Source: Thermoanaerobaculia bacterium (GTDB taxonomy: Bacteria; Acidobacteriota; Thermoanaerobaculia; UBA5066; Gp7-AA6). Taken from it: a stretch of 64,000 nucleotides of DNA. Each line of letters opens with the position of its first letter. Position 1 is the first letter of the stretch. The stretch lies in NCBI GenBank assembly GCA_038229875.1, contig JBBROA010000003.1, positions 1,465 through 65,464 of the forward strand. The letters run 5' to 3'. This document shows positions 52,109 through 61,320 of the stretch, one piece after another. Both the position numbers and the translations under genes were made by a program. The notes below the pieces were generated by a model, which searched no databases, was not told the origin of the DNA, and saw only the letters and a program-made list of their open reading frames with translations.

Positions 52109-53878
52109 TTACCGCCTCCCCTGTCTCACGAGATCGATGTTCCCGTTCGAGTCGCTCACCGTCACTTCGCACCGACCGTCTCCGACCTTGCCCTGAAGAG
52201 AGTCCGAGCTGGCGCCGCCCGAGATCGTCAGCGGCAGCTCGCTGTTGATCTTCCCGAACGAGGTCCGCGCGTTGACCGTGTAGCCCTCGCCGTCGGAGAG
52301 CGCGATCCGGACCGGGGCGAACGAGGTCTTCACCGCGACCCGGCTGCAAGATTTCGCTCCGGCGTGAAGGTCGTGCACCTCGACCGAGCCATTCTGGTTG
52401 TCGACTTCGACGGCCCCCGTCACCGCCTCGAGGGTCACGGAGGAAAAGGAGGTTCGTACGTTGGCGAAGCCGCGCACGTCGTTGGCACGGACGGCGCCAT
52501 TCGAGTTTTCGACCGTCAGGTCCCCGGCGATTCTCACTGCCTCCACCAGACCGAAGCTGGTCTTGACGAACGTCGTCCCGCCGGCGTCGGAGACCGTCAC
52601 GCCGCCGTTGCCCGAGTTCACCCGGACTCCCTTCTTCGCGCGGGTGACCGACACCGCCCCGAACGAGTTCCGCGCCTCGACCGCCCCGTCGATGTTGGAA
52701 AGCGTCAGGGTCGCGTTGCCACTCACGACCGTCGTGTCGCCGCCGATCCCGGAGGCGTCCACTTCGCCGAAACGGTTCTTGATGACAGCCGCCCCTCGAA
52801 TTTCGCGAAGCCGGACCTTTCCGTTCGAGTTCTGCACGTCGACCGGCCCGGCGATCTCCGACAGCTCGATCGCCCCGAACGTGTTCTGAACGTTGACCGG
52901 GCCGCCGGCCTTGCGTCCGCTGACCCGCGCGTTCGTTCCGTTGCATCGGACGCCGCGCTTCACGTCCAAAAAGGTGATGGCGGCAAAGGTCGCGGCAAGC
53001 TCCGCCTCGCCCGCGATCCCGCTCGCCGTGACCGCCCCATTGGTGTTCTGGACCGAAAGGTCCCCCGCCACGTTCGTCACGTCGACCGCACCGAACGAGG
53101 TGGTCAGCGAGGCGGGACCGGAGCCGGCGAGCGAAACATCGGCGTTCGTTCCCGAGAACACGACCTTTTTCACCCGCACGATCGTCACCCGACCGAAGCG
53201 GTTCTTGACCGAGAGCGGGCCGTCGATGTCGGAGATCGTGACGGTGCCGTTCGCGTTCGTCACGTCCGTTTCGCCGGCGTTTCCGGCGAGCTCCAGGGCG
53301 CCGAAGGAGTTTTCGAGCTGCGCCATCCCGCGCCCGGCGCGAAAGACCAGACGGCCGTTCGCGTTGTGGATCTCGGTCCCGCCTTTGAGCCCTTCGGCCA
53401 CGACGTCGCCGAAGCGGTTCCGGACCGAAACGCCGGCGCTCTCCGGCACCGCGATGTCGTAGTCGACCGCGAAGGAGACCCGGCTCGAGCCGGAGAAGAG
53501 TCCGCGGTGCTCCTCGGGATAGCGGGTCCGCACGGAAACGCCCGTCGCCGAAGGCTCGATGTCGACGGCGACGGCGTCGGCGAAACGCTTTGCCTCGACC
53601 ATGTCCGATGAAGAGACCCGGATCCGGGCGTCGACGCGGACCGCGGGAAGAGCCTGCGTGTGGATGTGGACGTTCCCGTTGCGGTGATCGACGTCGAGCC
53701 TCTGTCCGGGCTTCAACGGAAGAGATTTGTGCACCTCGCGGGAGACCTCTTCTCGGGAGGACTCTCCCCGCGCGGACGCGGTCATCGCCACCGCGAAAAG
53801 CGCCAGGAGCGCCGCGACAGCGGCAGGGCGGCGGCGGGATCGTGTCCAGGAAGCCGCGGATTCAAAGCGTTCGGTCAT
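52109..53878 (-). CDS. DUF4097-like beta-repeat protein (putative adhesin or envelope stress protein)
   Basis: Trimmed to MTERFESAAS; many repeats of NxNGxVxV/NxFGxV; ATGA overlap with the anti-sigma stop. Confidence 0.75.
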   Translation of the reverse strand: MTERFESAASWTRSRRRPAAVAALLALFAVAMTASARGESSREEVSREVHKSLPLKPGQRLDVDHRNGNVHIHTQALPAVRVDARIRVSSSDMVEAKRFADAVAVDIEPSATGVSVRTRYPEEHRGLFSGSSRVSFAVDYDIAVPESAGVSVRNRFGDVVAEGLKGGTEIHNANGRLVFRAGRGMAQLENSFGALELAGNAGETDVTNANGTVTISDIDGPLSVKNRFGRVTIVRVKKVVFSGTNADVSLAGSGPASLTTSFGAVDVTNVAGDLSVQNTNGAVTASGIAGEAELAATFAAITFLDVKRGVRCNGTNARVSGRKAGGPVNVQNTFGAIELSEIAGPVDVQNSNGKVRLREIRGAAVIKNRFGEVDASGIGGDTTVVSGNATLTLSNIDGAVEARNSFGAVSVTRAKKGVRVNSGNGGVTVSDAGGTTFVKTSFGLVEAVRIAGDLTVENSNGAVRANDVRGFANVRTSFSSVTLEAVTGAVEVDNQNGSVEVHDLHAGAKSCSRVAVKTSFAPVRIALSDGEGYTVNARTSFGKINSELPLTISGGASSDSLQGKVGDGRCEVTVSDSNGNIDLVRQGRR

Positions 53879-54546
53879 GAGGTGGCCTCTTTCATGAGTT
53901 CCTGCAGCGTCCGCTGCTTCTCCTGGTACATGGCCAGAAGCTCGCGGCGCAGGTGAGAGTTGAACCGGTTCGAGTCGATCTGGGCGCGGATCTCGACGAT
54001 CGCGGAATCGAGAAGCTGAAGTTTTTCCCGGTAGTTGACGAAGATCGGAGTGGTCGGATTTTCGATCCGTGGACGCGCGAGCGCCGACAACCGCTCGATC
54101 GACCGGACGTAATTCGCTTCCGCGATCTCGACGTCTTCCAGCGACCGGTCCGTCAGCAGGGGATTGCTGGTGCTCGCCGCATTGACGAGCGGCTCGCGGC
54201 CCCCGCTGTTGCGGAACACCTGCAGACCGACCATCGAGACGAGGAAGAGGGCAGCCGCGGCGGTCAGGGGGATCCACTGAAAGCCCTTCGCCGGCGCGGC
54301 GGCGCGTGGAGGCGGCGCGGACTCCTGAGACGCTTTCTCCTTCTCGATCGCGGCCGCGATCTTTCCAGGGAGCGCCGAGCTCTCCCACTCCCGGCGCAGA
54401 GACGGAGCGGTGCGCGAGACCTCGTCCCACAGCGCGAGCGGGCCGGCACACTCCTCGCAGCGCGCCGCGTGAACTCGCAGCCGCTCGATCGCGGAAGGAT
54501 CGTTCCTCTTGAGAGCTTCGCGCGCGCGCGCGCAGCCTGCGGTCAT
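53875..54546 (-). CDS. anti-sigma factor (zf-HC2 type) with one TM
   Basis: HAARCEECAGPLALW zinc-finger-like motif; TM LTAAAALFLVSMVGLQVF; ATGA overlap with the sigma factor stop. Confidence 0.75.
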   Translation of the reverse strand: MTAGCARAREALKRNDPSAIERLRVHAARCEECAGPLALWDEVSRTAPSLRREWESSALPGKIAAAIEKEKASQESAPPPRAAAPAKGFQWIPLTAAAALFLVSMVGLQVFRNSGGREPLVNAASTSNPLLTDRSLEDVEIAEANYVRSIERLSALARPRIENPTTPIFVNYREKLQLLDSAIVEIRAQIDSNRFNSHLRRELLAMYQEKQRTLQELMKEATS

Positions 54547-55253
54547 GCGCTCGCCCTCCCGCGCAGCCCGGAGGTCCAGAGCAGATCCTGGAGCTTCCGC
54601 CTGGCCTCGAAAAGAAGCGTCCGGGACGCGCCTTCCGAGACGTCGAGGACTCCCGCGATCTCCCGATGTGAAAAGCCCTCGACCGCGGACAGCAGAAACA
54701 CCGTTCTCTGCCGGGGCGCGAGACGTGAGAGCGATTGCTCGATCGCCAGGCGCAGCGGCTGATCCGCGGTCGGGGCGGGAGGAAGCCTCGCGTCGCGCTC
54801 ATGCTCATGCTCATGCTCATGACTGCCCGCCGGGGTCCCGAGAGGATCCTCCGGGTGCCGCTTGCGCTTGCGCAGCTGGTCGTAGCACGTGTTGACGAGA
54901 ATCCTGTAAATCCACGTCGAAAGAGTCGCCGAGCCCCGGAAAGACGCGGCGCCCCGATAAATCTTCAGAAATGCCTCCTGGACCGCGTCCTCCGCTTCGC
55001 TTTCCTGTCCGAGCAGGTTGCGCGCGATGCTTTTCATGCGGGCGCCATGGAGCTCGTAAATCCGCTCGAAAGCGGCGACCTCGCCCGCCCGGCATCCCTC
55101 GAGAAGGTCCTCCCCGGCCGAGCGGCGCGCCGGGAAACCGTCCTTCTCTTCGGGACCGTCCAGGAGCGCCTCCTTTGGAGTATCGGGGGGGCGGGAAACA
55201 TTCTCCAACACAACCACAAGCACAAGCACAATGGGCAGCGCGCGTCCTTTCAA
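54543..55253 (-). CDS. ECF-type RNA polymerase sigma-70 factor; start uncertain
   Basis: FERIYELHGARMKSIA..EDAVQEAFLKIY region 2; RTVFLLSAVEGFSHREIAGVLDVSEGASRTLLFEARRKL region 4. Confidence 0.8.
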   Translation of the reverse strand: MKGRALPIVLVLVVVLENVSRPPDTPKEALLDGPEEKDGFPARRSAGEDLLEGCRAGEVAAFERIYELHGARMKSIARNLLGQESEAEDAVQEAFLKIYRGAASFRGSATLSTWIYRILVNTCYDQLRKRKRHPEDPLGTPAGSHEHEHEHERDARLPPAPTADQPLRLAIEQSLSRLAPRQRTVFLLSAVEGFSHREIAGVLDVSEGASRTLLFEARRKLQDLLWTSGLRGRASA

Positions 55254-55446
55254 CCCTTAGACGCCGGGCCGAGGCGCAACGTTGGGGGGGGTTGAAAGGT
55301 CAGGGCGTCAGGGCGCGCGGCACGGCGAACACGTCGGAGCTCTCACGCTCCGGTCCGCCGTCAACGCTCAACCCTCACCCCTGACGGCCGGGAGGGACTG
55401 GCTTTCTTCTTGCTCCCGACGCGAAGAAGGCGAAGAAGGAGGACCC

Positions 55447-55860
55447 ATGAGCGACACCAGCGTCACGAAAGTCGATTCGGCCCATTCCCCGAAGGGAGAG
55501 ATGGGGCAGACCTATCTCGCGTCGGGCGTGTCGCTCGCGATGCGGCTCTGGGAAAAAGAGCCTTCGACGGAGGAGAAACCGGAGACCGTGCGGGAGTACG
55601 AGACGGTGGGTTATGTCCTGTCGGGCCGCGCGGAGTTGCGCGTCGAAGGCCAGACGGTCCGCCTCGAAAAGGGCGACTCGTGGGTGGTCCCGAAAGGCTC
55701 CCGCCACACCTACAAGGTCCTCGAGCACTTCCGCGCGATCGAGGCCACGCATCCTCCCGCGCACTCCCACGGGCGCGACGAGGGACGGGGATCGGCCGGG
55801 TCCTCGGGCGGGCGGGGTCAGGGCGGCGGTTCCTCCGATCCCGTGATCCAGGGGGTCTGA
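55447..55860 (+). CDS. cupin domain protein
   Basis: GAAGGAGG + ATG 55447; GYVLSGRAELRVEGQTVRLEKGDSWVVPKGSRHTY. Confidence 0.7.
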   Translation: MSDTSVTKVDSAHSPKGEMGQTYLASGVSLAMRLWEKEPSTEEKPETVREYETVGYVLSGRAELRVEGQTVRLEKGDSWVVPKGSRHTYKVLEHFRAIEATHPPAHSHGRDEGRGSAGSSGGRGQGGGSSDPVIQGV

Positions 55861-55947
55861 GCGCCTTACCGAATCGCACCGGAGCGGGGTGTCTCCGCCC
55901 GGGTCGCTGCGGCCTCCCGCGTTTAGACTCCTGCTCCGGGAGGCTCC

Positions 55948-56712
55948 ATGAGAAAACGCCCCGAGATCCTCTTCAGCGTTGCCCTGCTCTCGAGCGTCTT
56001 TGCGCTCGCGGAAAAGGCGCTCGCGGAAAAAACGGAAGTCAGGCGCGAAACCGTCCGGTCCGGCGGCCGCGACCGGACCTACTGGATCTTCGTGCCGGAC
56101 GGCGGCGCACCGGACGCCCCCCGGCCGCTTCTCGTTCTCCTTCACGGCTCCGGCCGAAACGGCGAGACGCTCGCGCGCCCGTGGAAGGACTTCGCGACGA
56201 AAGAGGGTCTTGTCCTGGCCGCTCCGGATTCGCTCGACTCCGTGCACTGGTCCTCGCCGAGCGACGGGCCCGAGTTTCTCCGAGACGTCGTCGAGGCGGT
56301 CAGGGCGCGAACATCCGTCGACCCGCGGCGCATCTTTCTCTTCGGGCATTCCGCGGGCGCGTGCTTCGCGCTCGAGATGGGGGCGCTCGAGTCCAACTAT
56401 TTCGCGGCGGTCGCGATCCACGCGGGCGCAACGCCGCCCGGTGACTTCGCCACGTTCGACTGGGCGAGGCGGAAGGTCCCGTACGGAATATGGATAGGAA
56501 CGGAAGACGCGTTCTTCCCGCTCGAAGCGGTGCGCGCCACCCGCGACGCCTTGAAGTCGCGCGGGTTCCCGGTCGAGTACCAGGAGATGGGGGGCCACAC
56601 CCACGACTATTACGGGAGCGCGCGGGACATCAACCGAATGGCGTGGGACTTCTTCAAGTCCCGGCCGCTGACCGCCGACGCGCAGTACACGCCGTACGGA
56701 GAGAGCCGATGA
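55948..56712 (+). CDS. secreted alpha/beta hydrolase (esterase/PHB-depolymerase-like)
   Basis: Signal peptide; LLVLLHGSG, FLFGHSAGA nucleophile elbow, GGHTHDY. Confidence 0.75.
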   Translation: MRKRPEILFSVALLSSVFALAEKALAEKTEVRRETVRSGGRDRTYWIFVPDGGAPDAPRPLLVLLHGSGRNGETLARPWKDFATKEGLVLAAPDSLDSVHWSSPSDGPEFLRDVVEAVRARTSVDPRRIFLFGHSAGACFALEMGALESNYFAAVAIHAGATPPGDFATFDWARRKVPYGIWIGTEDAFFPLEAVRATRDALKSRGFPVEYQEMGGHTHDYYGSARDINRMAWDFFKSRPLTADAQYTPYGESR

Positions 56713-57296
56713 GGCGCGGGCAGCGGGTCCCGCTAGCGGCGGCCCTGCTCACGTTCGCCTGTCTGCTGGCGTCGGCGTCGTCGGCGCGCGGGGCGGTCTT
56801 CGTCGTCCGGCACGCGGAGAAGCAATCCGACTCGAACGAGAAGGACGTTCCGCTTTCGGAGGCCGGCCGCGCCAGAGCCACGAGGCTCGCCGCGGCGTTA
56901 AAGGACGCGGGAATCGTCGCGATCTATTCGACGGACACGGTGCGGACCCTGGCGACCGCCGAGCCTCTCGCCGCCGCGTCGAAGATCGCCCCTCAGATCT
57001 ATGAGTCGTCGGGGCCCGACTCGGCAGGCAGGCTCGCGGCGCGGATCTCGAAGGAGCATCCCGCCGCGAATATCCTGGTGGTCGGGCACAGTAATACGGT
57101 CGGGCCGCTCATCACCGCGCTCGGGTGCGCGGAAATCGTGGCCGTCGCGCCGCAGGAGTACGACGGCCTGTGGATCGTCATCCCTCCGCAGGCGGGTCCT
57201 CAGCCGGGGGACGGGGGTACGAGGCCGGGCGACTCCCCTTTGCCTCCGCGCTCTTCCGGGAGCGGGACCTCCACTCTGCTCCGCCTGCGGCTCTGA
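56709..57296 (+). CDS. histidine phosphatase family protein, exported
   Basis: ATGA overlap; VFVVRHAEK (RHG motif), VVGHSNTV. Confidence 0.75.
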   Translation: MRRGQRVPLAAALLTFACLLASASSARGAVFVVRHAEKQSDSNEKDVPLSEAGRARATRLAAALKDAGIVAIYSTDTVRTLATAEPLAAASKIAPQIYESSGPDSAGRLAARISKEHPAANILVVGHSNTVGPLITALGCAEIVAVAPQEYDGLWIVIPPQAGPQPGDGGTRPGDSPLPPRSSGSGTSTLLRLRL

Positions 57297-58276
57297 TGTT
57301 GTTTTCCGCTCCGCGGCATCGGGGCCCGATCTCCGATCACTTCGACGGGCGGCAATTCCGGAATTTCTCGGGAGTGCCGCGTGGCTTCGGTGGCGTCCTC
57401 CGGTGGGCCGCCACACGCAAGTCCTCCCCGTGGCCCCGCTGGACGGAGGCACCGCCCGGGCCCGCGCCTCCGAGACGAGTCACCGACCTGCGCGTCACCT
57501 TCGTGAATCACGCGACGCTTCTCGTGCAGACCGGCGGGCGCAACATCCTGACGGACCCGGTTTGGAGCGACCGCGTCAGCCCGCTCGCGTGGATCGGCCC
57601 ACGGCGCGTTCGGCCGCCGGGGATCCGTTTCGAGGATCTCCCGCAAATCGACGCCGTTCTGATCAGCCACAATCATTACGACCACCTGGACCTCCCGACC
57701 CTGGCGCGGCTCGACTCGCGGGACCATCCCTGGATCGTCAGCGGCCTCGGCGTCCGGCAGCTCCTCGCGAGCCACGGGCTGACGAACGGGGTCGATCTCG
57801 ATTGGTGGCAGAGCACCGAGGTGGGAAAGGGACTTTCGGTGACCTCGGTCCCCGTGCAGCACTTTTCGGGCCGCGGCCTTTCTGATCGCAACGCGACACT
57901 CTGGACTGGCTACGTGATCTCGAGCCCGGCCGGCGACGTCTTCTTCGCCGGCGACACCGGCTACGGGCCGCACTTCCGTCTCATTCGCGAGCGGTTCCCC
58001 CGGATTCGCCTGGCGATCCTCCCGATCGGCGCCTACCGCCCCGAGTGGTTCATGGGACCCGTCCACGAGGATCCGGCCGAGGCACTTCAGGCGTTCGGGG
58101 ATCTCGGCGCGGGAACGGGTGTCGGCATGCATTTCGGCACGTTCCGGCTGACCGACGAGGGGCCCGAAGAGCCCGTTCAGGAAATCGCTGTGCTCCTCGC
58201 GAGCGCGCCGGAGCCAAAGCCCCGCTTCTGGGTGCTCGGGTTCGGGGAGGGAAGAGACGTGCCGGCGCTGCTGTGA
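57296..58276 (+). CDS. MBL-fold metallo-hydrolase
   Basis: TGATG overlap; VLISHNHYDHLD, FFAGDTGY, GMHFGTF. Confidence 0.8.
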   Translation: MLFSAPRHRGPISDHFDGRQFRNFSGVPRGFGGVLRWAATRKSSPWPRWTEAPPGPAPPRRVTDLRVTFVNHATLLVQTGGRNILTDPVWSDRVSPLAWIGPRRVRPPGIRFEDLPQIDAVLISHNHYDHLDLPTLARLDSRDHPWIVSGLGVRQLLASHGLTNGVDLDWWQSTEVGKGLSVTSVPVQHFSGRGLSDRNATLWTGYVISSPAGDVFFAGDTGYGPHFRLIRERFPRIRLAILPIGAYRPEWFMGPVHEDPAEALQAFGDLGAGTGVGMHFGTFRLTDEGPEEPVQEIAVLLASAPEPKPRFWVLGFGEGRDVPALL

Positions 58277-58292
58277 CGCGGCGGCCGGCCCC

Positions 58293-59528
58293 TCAGGCCT
58301 TCGATTCCGCCTTCTTCTGGATCGGGGAGGAGCCCGTAAGATTCGAATGCTCCTCGCCTTTCAGCACCTTTTCAACCGCGCGGTCGCTCCCCGTTTCCGC
58401 CGCGTGTTCGAGCGCTTTGTGGTCGGTCAGGACCTCGTCGCTCAGATAGTCGTGCAGCCAGATCCTCTCGATGATCGGATACGCGGCAACGAACGGCAAG
58501 ATCAGGATCGCCCCGAGAATTCCGTAGAGCTGGCCTCCGATCACGATCGCGATCAGGACGGCGATGGTTGAGAGGCGCAGGCGCTTGCCGTAGACGCGGG
58601 GCACGATGACCGTGTTCTCGAGCACGTGGTACAGCAGGTAGAGCACGAGGACGGCGCCTGCGGCGAACGGGGAAACGGTCAGCGCGAGGAGGACGGCCGG
58701 CACGATTGACGCGATCACGCCGATGACGGGCAGGACGTCGCAGATCGCCGCCAGAAAAGCGAGAGGGATGGCCGCGGGCACTCGAAACGCGCTCAGGACG
58801 ATCAGGGCGAACACCCCGTAAAGCAGCGACGTCAGGGCCTGTCCCTGGACGTAGCTGATGATGACGTCGGACACCTCTGGAATCGTTCTCGCCATCTTGC
58901 GGCGATGCCGGCGCGGAACGTACGCGAGCAGCCAGGCGTACGTTCTCTTCCCGTCGGCGACGAGGTAGAGCGTCAGCGTAAGGACGAGGATGGATATGGT
59001 CACCCCCGCGATGGCCGCTTCGCCCCAGGCGAGTGGCTTTTTGATCGACTTCGCGATCTCGGGAGACGTCGGCAGCGCGAGGATCTGGTCGAGAACCTGG
59101 CTGACCAAAGGGTGCTGCGGACCGACGCGCGTCTCGACGCGTTTCCGGTACTCGGGGAACTTCTCGAACAACGTGACGAGCTGGGACGCCAGGGGCGGAC
59201 CGATCAAAAAGAGAAACGTGAAGATGATCCCGACCGTCAGCAGAGCCACCACGGCGACCGACCAGCTGCGCGACAGCCCCCGGCGCTCCAGGCGCGCCAC
59301 GACCGGGGAAATGCTGATCGCCATGACGAGAGCGAGGAGAAAGAAGAGAAAGTCGGGCAGCAGCTTGAGCGCCGCCCAGACGATGAGCGCCGTGATCAGG
59401 ACCTTGATGATCGTCGCGACGGGGACGTGGAGCTCGAGGATCGAGCGAGGCTGAGTGTCGTCGTCTTCCGGCGTGTTGCTCTCCGGGGGCGTCCCGGGCG
59501 CCCGCCTAGCGATGTGCCGCCCCGTCAT
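58293..59528 (-). CDS. AI-2E (PerM) family transporter
   Basis: 8-TM pattern; ISYVQGQALTSLLYGV, LAFLAAICDVLPVIG. Confidence 0.8.
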   Translation of the reverse strand: MTGRHIARRAPGTPPESNTPEDDDTQPRSILELHVPVATIIKVLITALIVWAALKLLPDFLFFLLALVMAISISPVVARLERRGLSRSWSVAVVALLTVGIIFTFLFLIGPPLASQLVTLFEKFPEYRKRVETRVGPQHPLVSQVLDQILALPTSPEIAKSIKKPLAWGEAAIAGVTISILVLTLTLYLVADGKRTYAWLLAYVPRRHRRKMARTIPEVSDVIISYVQGQALTSLLYGVFALIVLSAFRVPAAIPLAFLAAICDVLPVIGVIASIVPAVLLALTVSPFAAGAVLVLYLLYHVLENTVIVPRVYGKRLRLSTIAVLIAIVIGGQLYGILGAILILPFVAAYPIIERIWLHDYLSDEVLTDHKALEHAAETGSDRAVEKVLKGEEHSNLTGSSPIQKKAESKA

Positions 59529-60981
59529 TGACCTGGATGCTTCCCATCATCCGCTCGTAAAGGGGCGTAAGAGCCTGCGCGTCCCGGCCCGGCACGATGC
59601 TGAGCGCATAGAGGGCGTGGCCGTCGGGAAGCTCGCGCGTCAGGACGTTCACGCGCTCGTCGATCCCGGTGACCGGAGACGTGCCCGCGAGCACCAGGGA
59701 AATCGCGCGGGCGCCGCCGGCCGTTAGCCTCTTCGCCGAGTTCGGAACGAGCCGGAGGTACGGATTCGATTTCGAGAGCTGCCCGACGAGATCGTTCGTC
59801 GCGTCGTCGAGGTTCGTCCCTCGGGAAAAGGGCCCGCGGACCCCGGTCCTTCCGTTGACGGAGCCCTCGAACGGATCGTAGTGGTTGACGACGACGCCGT
59901 ATACGACCGACTGCTGGCCGTCAGAGGTCTGCACGACGCCGCCCGCCGGGACGATCGTGACCCCGTACCCGTTCGGCGCCTCATGCGCCTGCCAGTTCTG
60001 CGGGTAGTCGATCTTGAAGAACCCGTTGCGCTGCTGGAACGTGCGGAAGCCCGCCGACGGCGCCTCGATCCGGATGTCGCCGCGCGAAGGGGCGCGTCCG
60101 GCCGGAGCGGTTCCTCCGGTCGTGCCCTGCGCGAGCTGCTTCATCGAAACCGGAGGAGATTGCACGCGCAGGGACGTCTTGACCGCGACAATGTCTCCGA
60201 CCGGATGGGCGGGGCCCGGACGTCCCAGCCGCGCCGCCTCTTGACGCACGCGCGCCTCTCGATCCGCCGGGGCCGGGTGGTCGCTCAAAAACCGCTCGAG
60301 CCTCCCGGGATCGCGACCCGCCTGCTTTCGCAGGAGCTCGAACATGCTCGCCATCTCGTTCGCGTCGTAGCCCGCGCGGGCCATCGTCTGCGCGCCCACG
60401 ATGTCGGCCTGGCTCTCCGCGGTGCGGCTGAACTTCAGGAAGAGCGCGTTCAATCCGATGCCGCCGACCGCGGACATGATCGGTCCTGGCGCGCCGCCGG
60501 TGAGAACCCCGCCGAGGATCCCGACTCCGGCTCTCGCGAGATAAGCCTTGGATACCTGGTTCGTCTGGTGCCGGAGCGCGACGTGCGCCATCTCGTGCGC
60601 CATCACGCCGGCGAGCTGGCCCTCAGTCGGGACGAGCTCGATCAACCCGCGGTTGACGTACATGAATCCGCCGGGTAGCGCGAATGCGTTGACGTCCGAC
60701 AGATTCGTCACCTTGAACTGGTAGGGAAATTTCGGCCCGGGCGCGGCGGCGGCCAGGCGCGCACCGATCGCCGAGACGTAGCGGTCAACCGCCGGATCGT
60801 GGATGAGAGGGATCTGCTTCTCCACCTGCACGGTGGACTGGCGCCCGAGCTCGATATCCTGCTGTGTGGAGAACAGGTTGAAGCCGGGACGCACGATCGT
60901 GGGCGCAGGTGCGGCGACCGCCGGCAACGCGCCAACCGCCCACACCAACCAGAGCGCCAGGACCTGCGGAACCCGTTTCAT
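59506..60981 (-). CDS. M48 family metallopeptidase, secreted
   Basis: Signal peptide; NAFALPGGFMYVNRGL, GVMAHEMAHVALRH. Confidence 0.85.
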   Translation of the reverse strand: MKRVPQVLALWLVWAVGALPAVAAPAPTIVRPGFNLFSTQQDIELGRQSTVQVEKQIPLIHDPAVDRYVSAIGARLAAAAPGPKFPYQFKVTNLSDVNAFALPGGFMYVNRGLIELVPTEGQLAGVMAHEMAHVALRHQTNQVSKAYLARAGVGILGGVLTGGAPGPIMSAVGGIGLNALFLKFSRTAESQADIVGAQTMARAGYDANEMASMFELLRKQAGRDPGRLERFLSDHPAPADREARVRQEAARLGRPGPAHPVGDIVAVKTSLRVQSPPVSMKQLAQGTTGGTAPAGRAPSRGDIRIEAPSAGFRTFQQRNGFFKIDYPQNWQAHEAPNGYGVTIVPAGGVVQTSDGQQSVVYGVVVNHYDPFEGSVNGRTGVRGPFSRGTNLDDATNDLVGQLSKSNPYLRLVPNSAKRLTAGGARAISLVLAGTSPVTGIDERVNVLTRELPDGHALYALSIVPGRDAQALTPLYERMMGSIQVNDGAAHR

Positions 60982-61090
60982 GGAGCCTCCGGCGCGCTCA
61001 ACGCAAACGCAATGCCAGAAGGTAAAGCCGGCTCGTCGGCTCCTAAACTTCCACAGGCTCGGCTAGATCGGTGCTGCGCCCGTCACCCGA

Positions 61091-61118
61091 CCCTCTCCCC
61101 GCGCGCGTGGCGAGGGAG
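61091..61118. repeat. GC-rich palindromic REP-like element
   Basis: CCCTCTCCCCGCGCGCGTGGCGAGGGAG. Confidence 0.5.
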
Positions 61119-61149
61119 CAGAGCTGCGCTTTGTCCCCATGGTGACTAA

Positions 61150-61319
61150 GCTCGCCCCGAGAGGAGTCTCCCGACCAGAGGGAGGGAGGAGCCTCTCGGG
61201 GCGGGAGCCGCAGCGAACGGAGGGACGAGGACAGCGGTCGAGCCCAAAGGGCGAGCCGCTGTCCGGTGCCTTCGACCCCGCGCGGCGAAGGCACGTCCCG
61301 CAGTGAGCGGAGGCGACGG
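61150..61319 (+). repeat. dispersed two-hairpin intergenic repeat, copy 3 (170 bp)
   Basis: See copy 1; ends 1 nt before the M2 peptidase stop codon. Confidence 0.8.
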
Positions 61320-61320
61320 T

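Noticed and set aside
52109-54820. Single 903-aa ORF
   Set aside because: Its upstream two thirds are an out-of-frame read over the anti-sigma and sigma genes. Three ATGA-coupled genes (ECF sigma, anti-sigma, DUF4097) explain the region.
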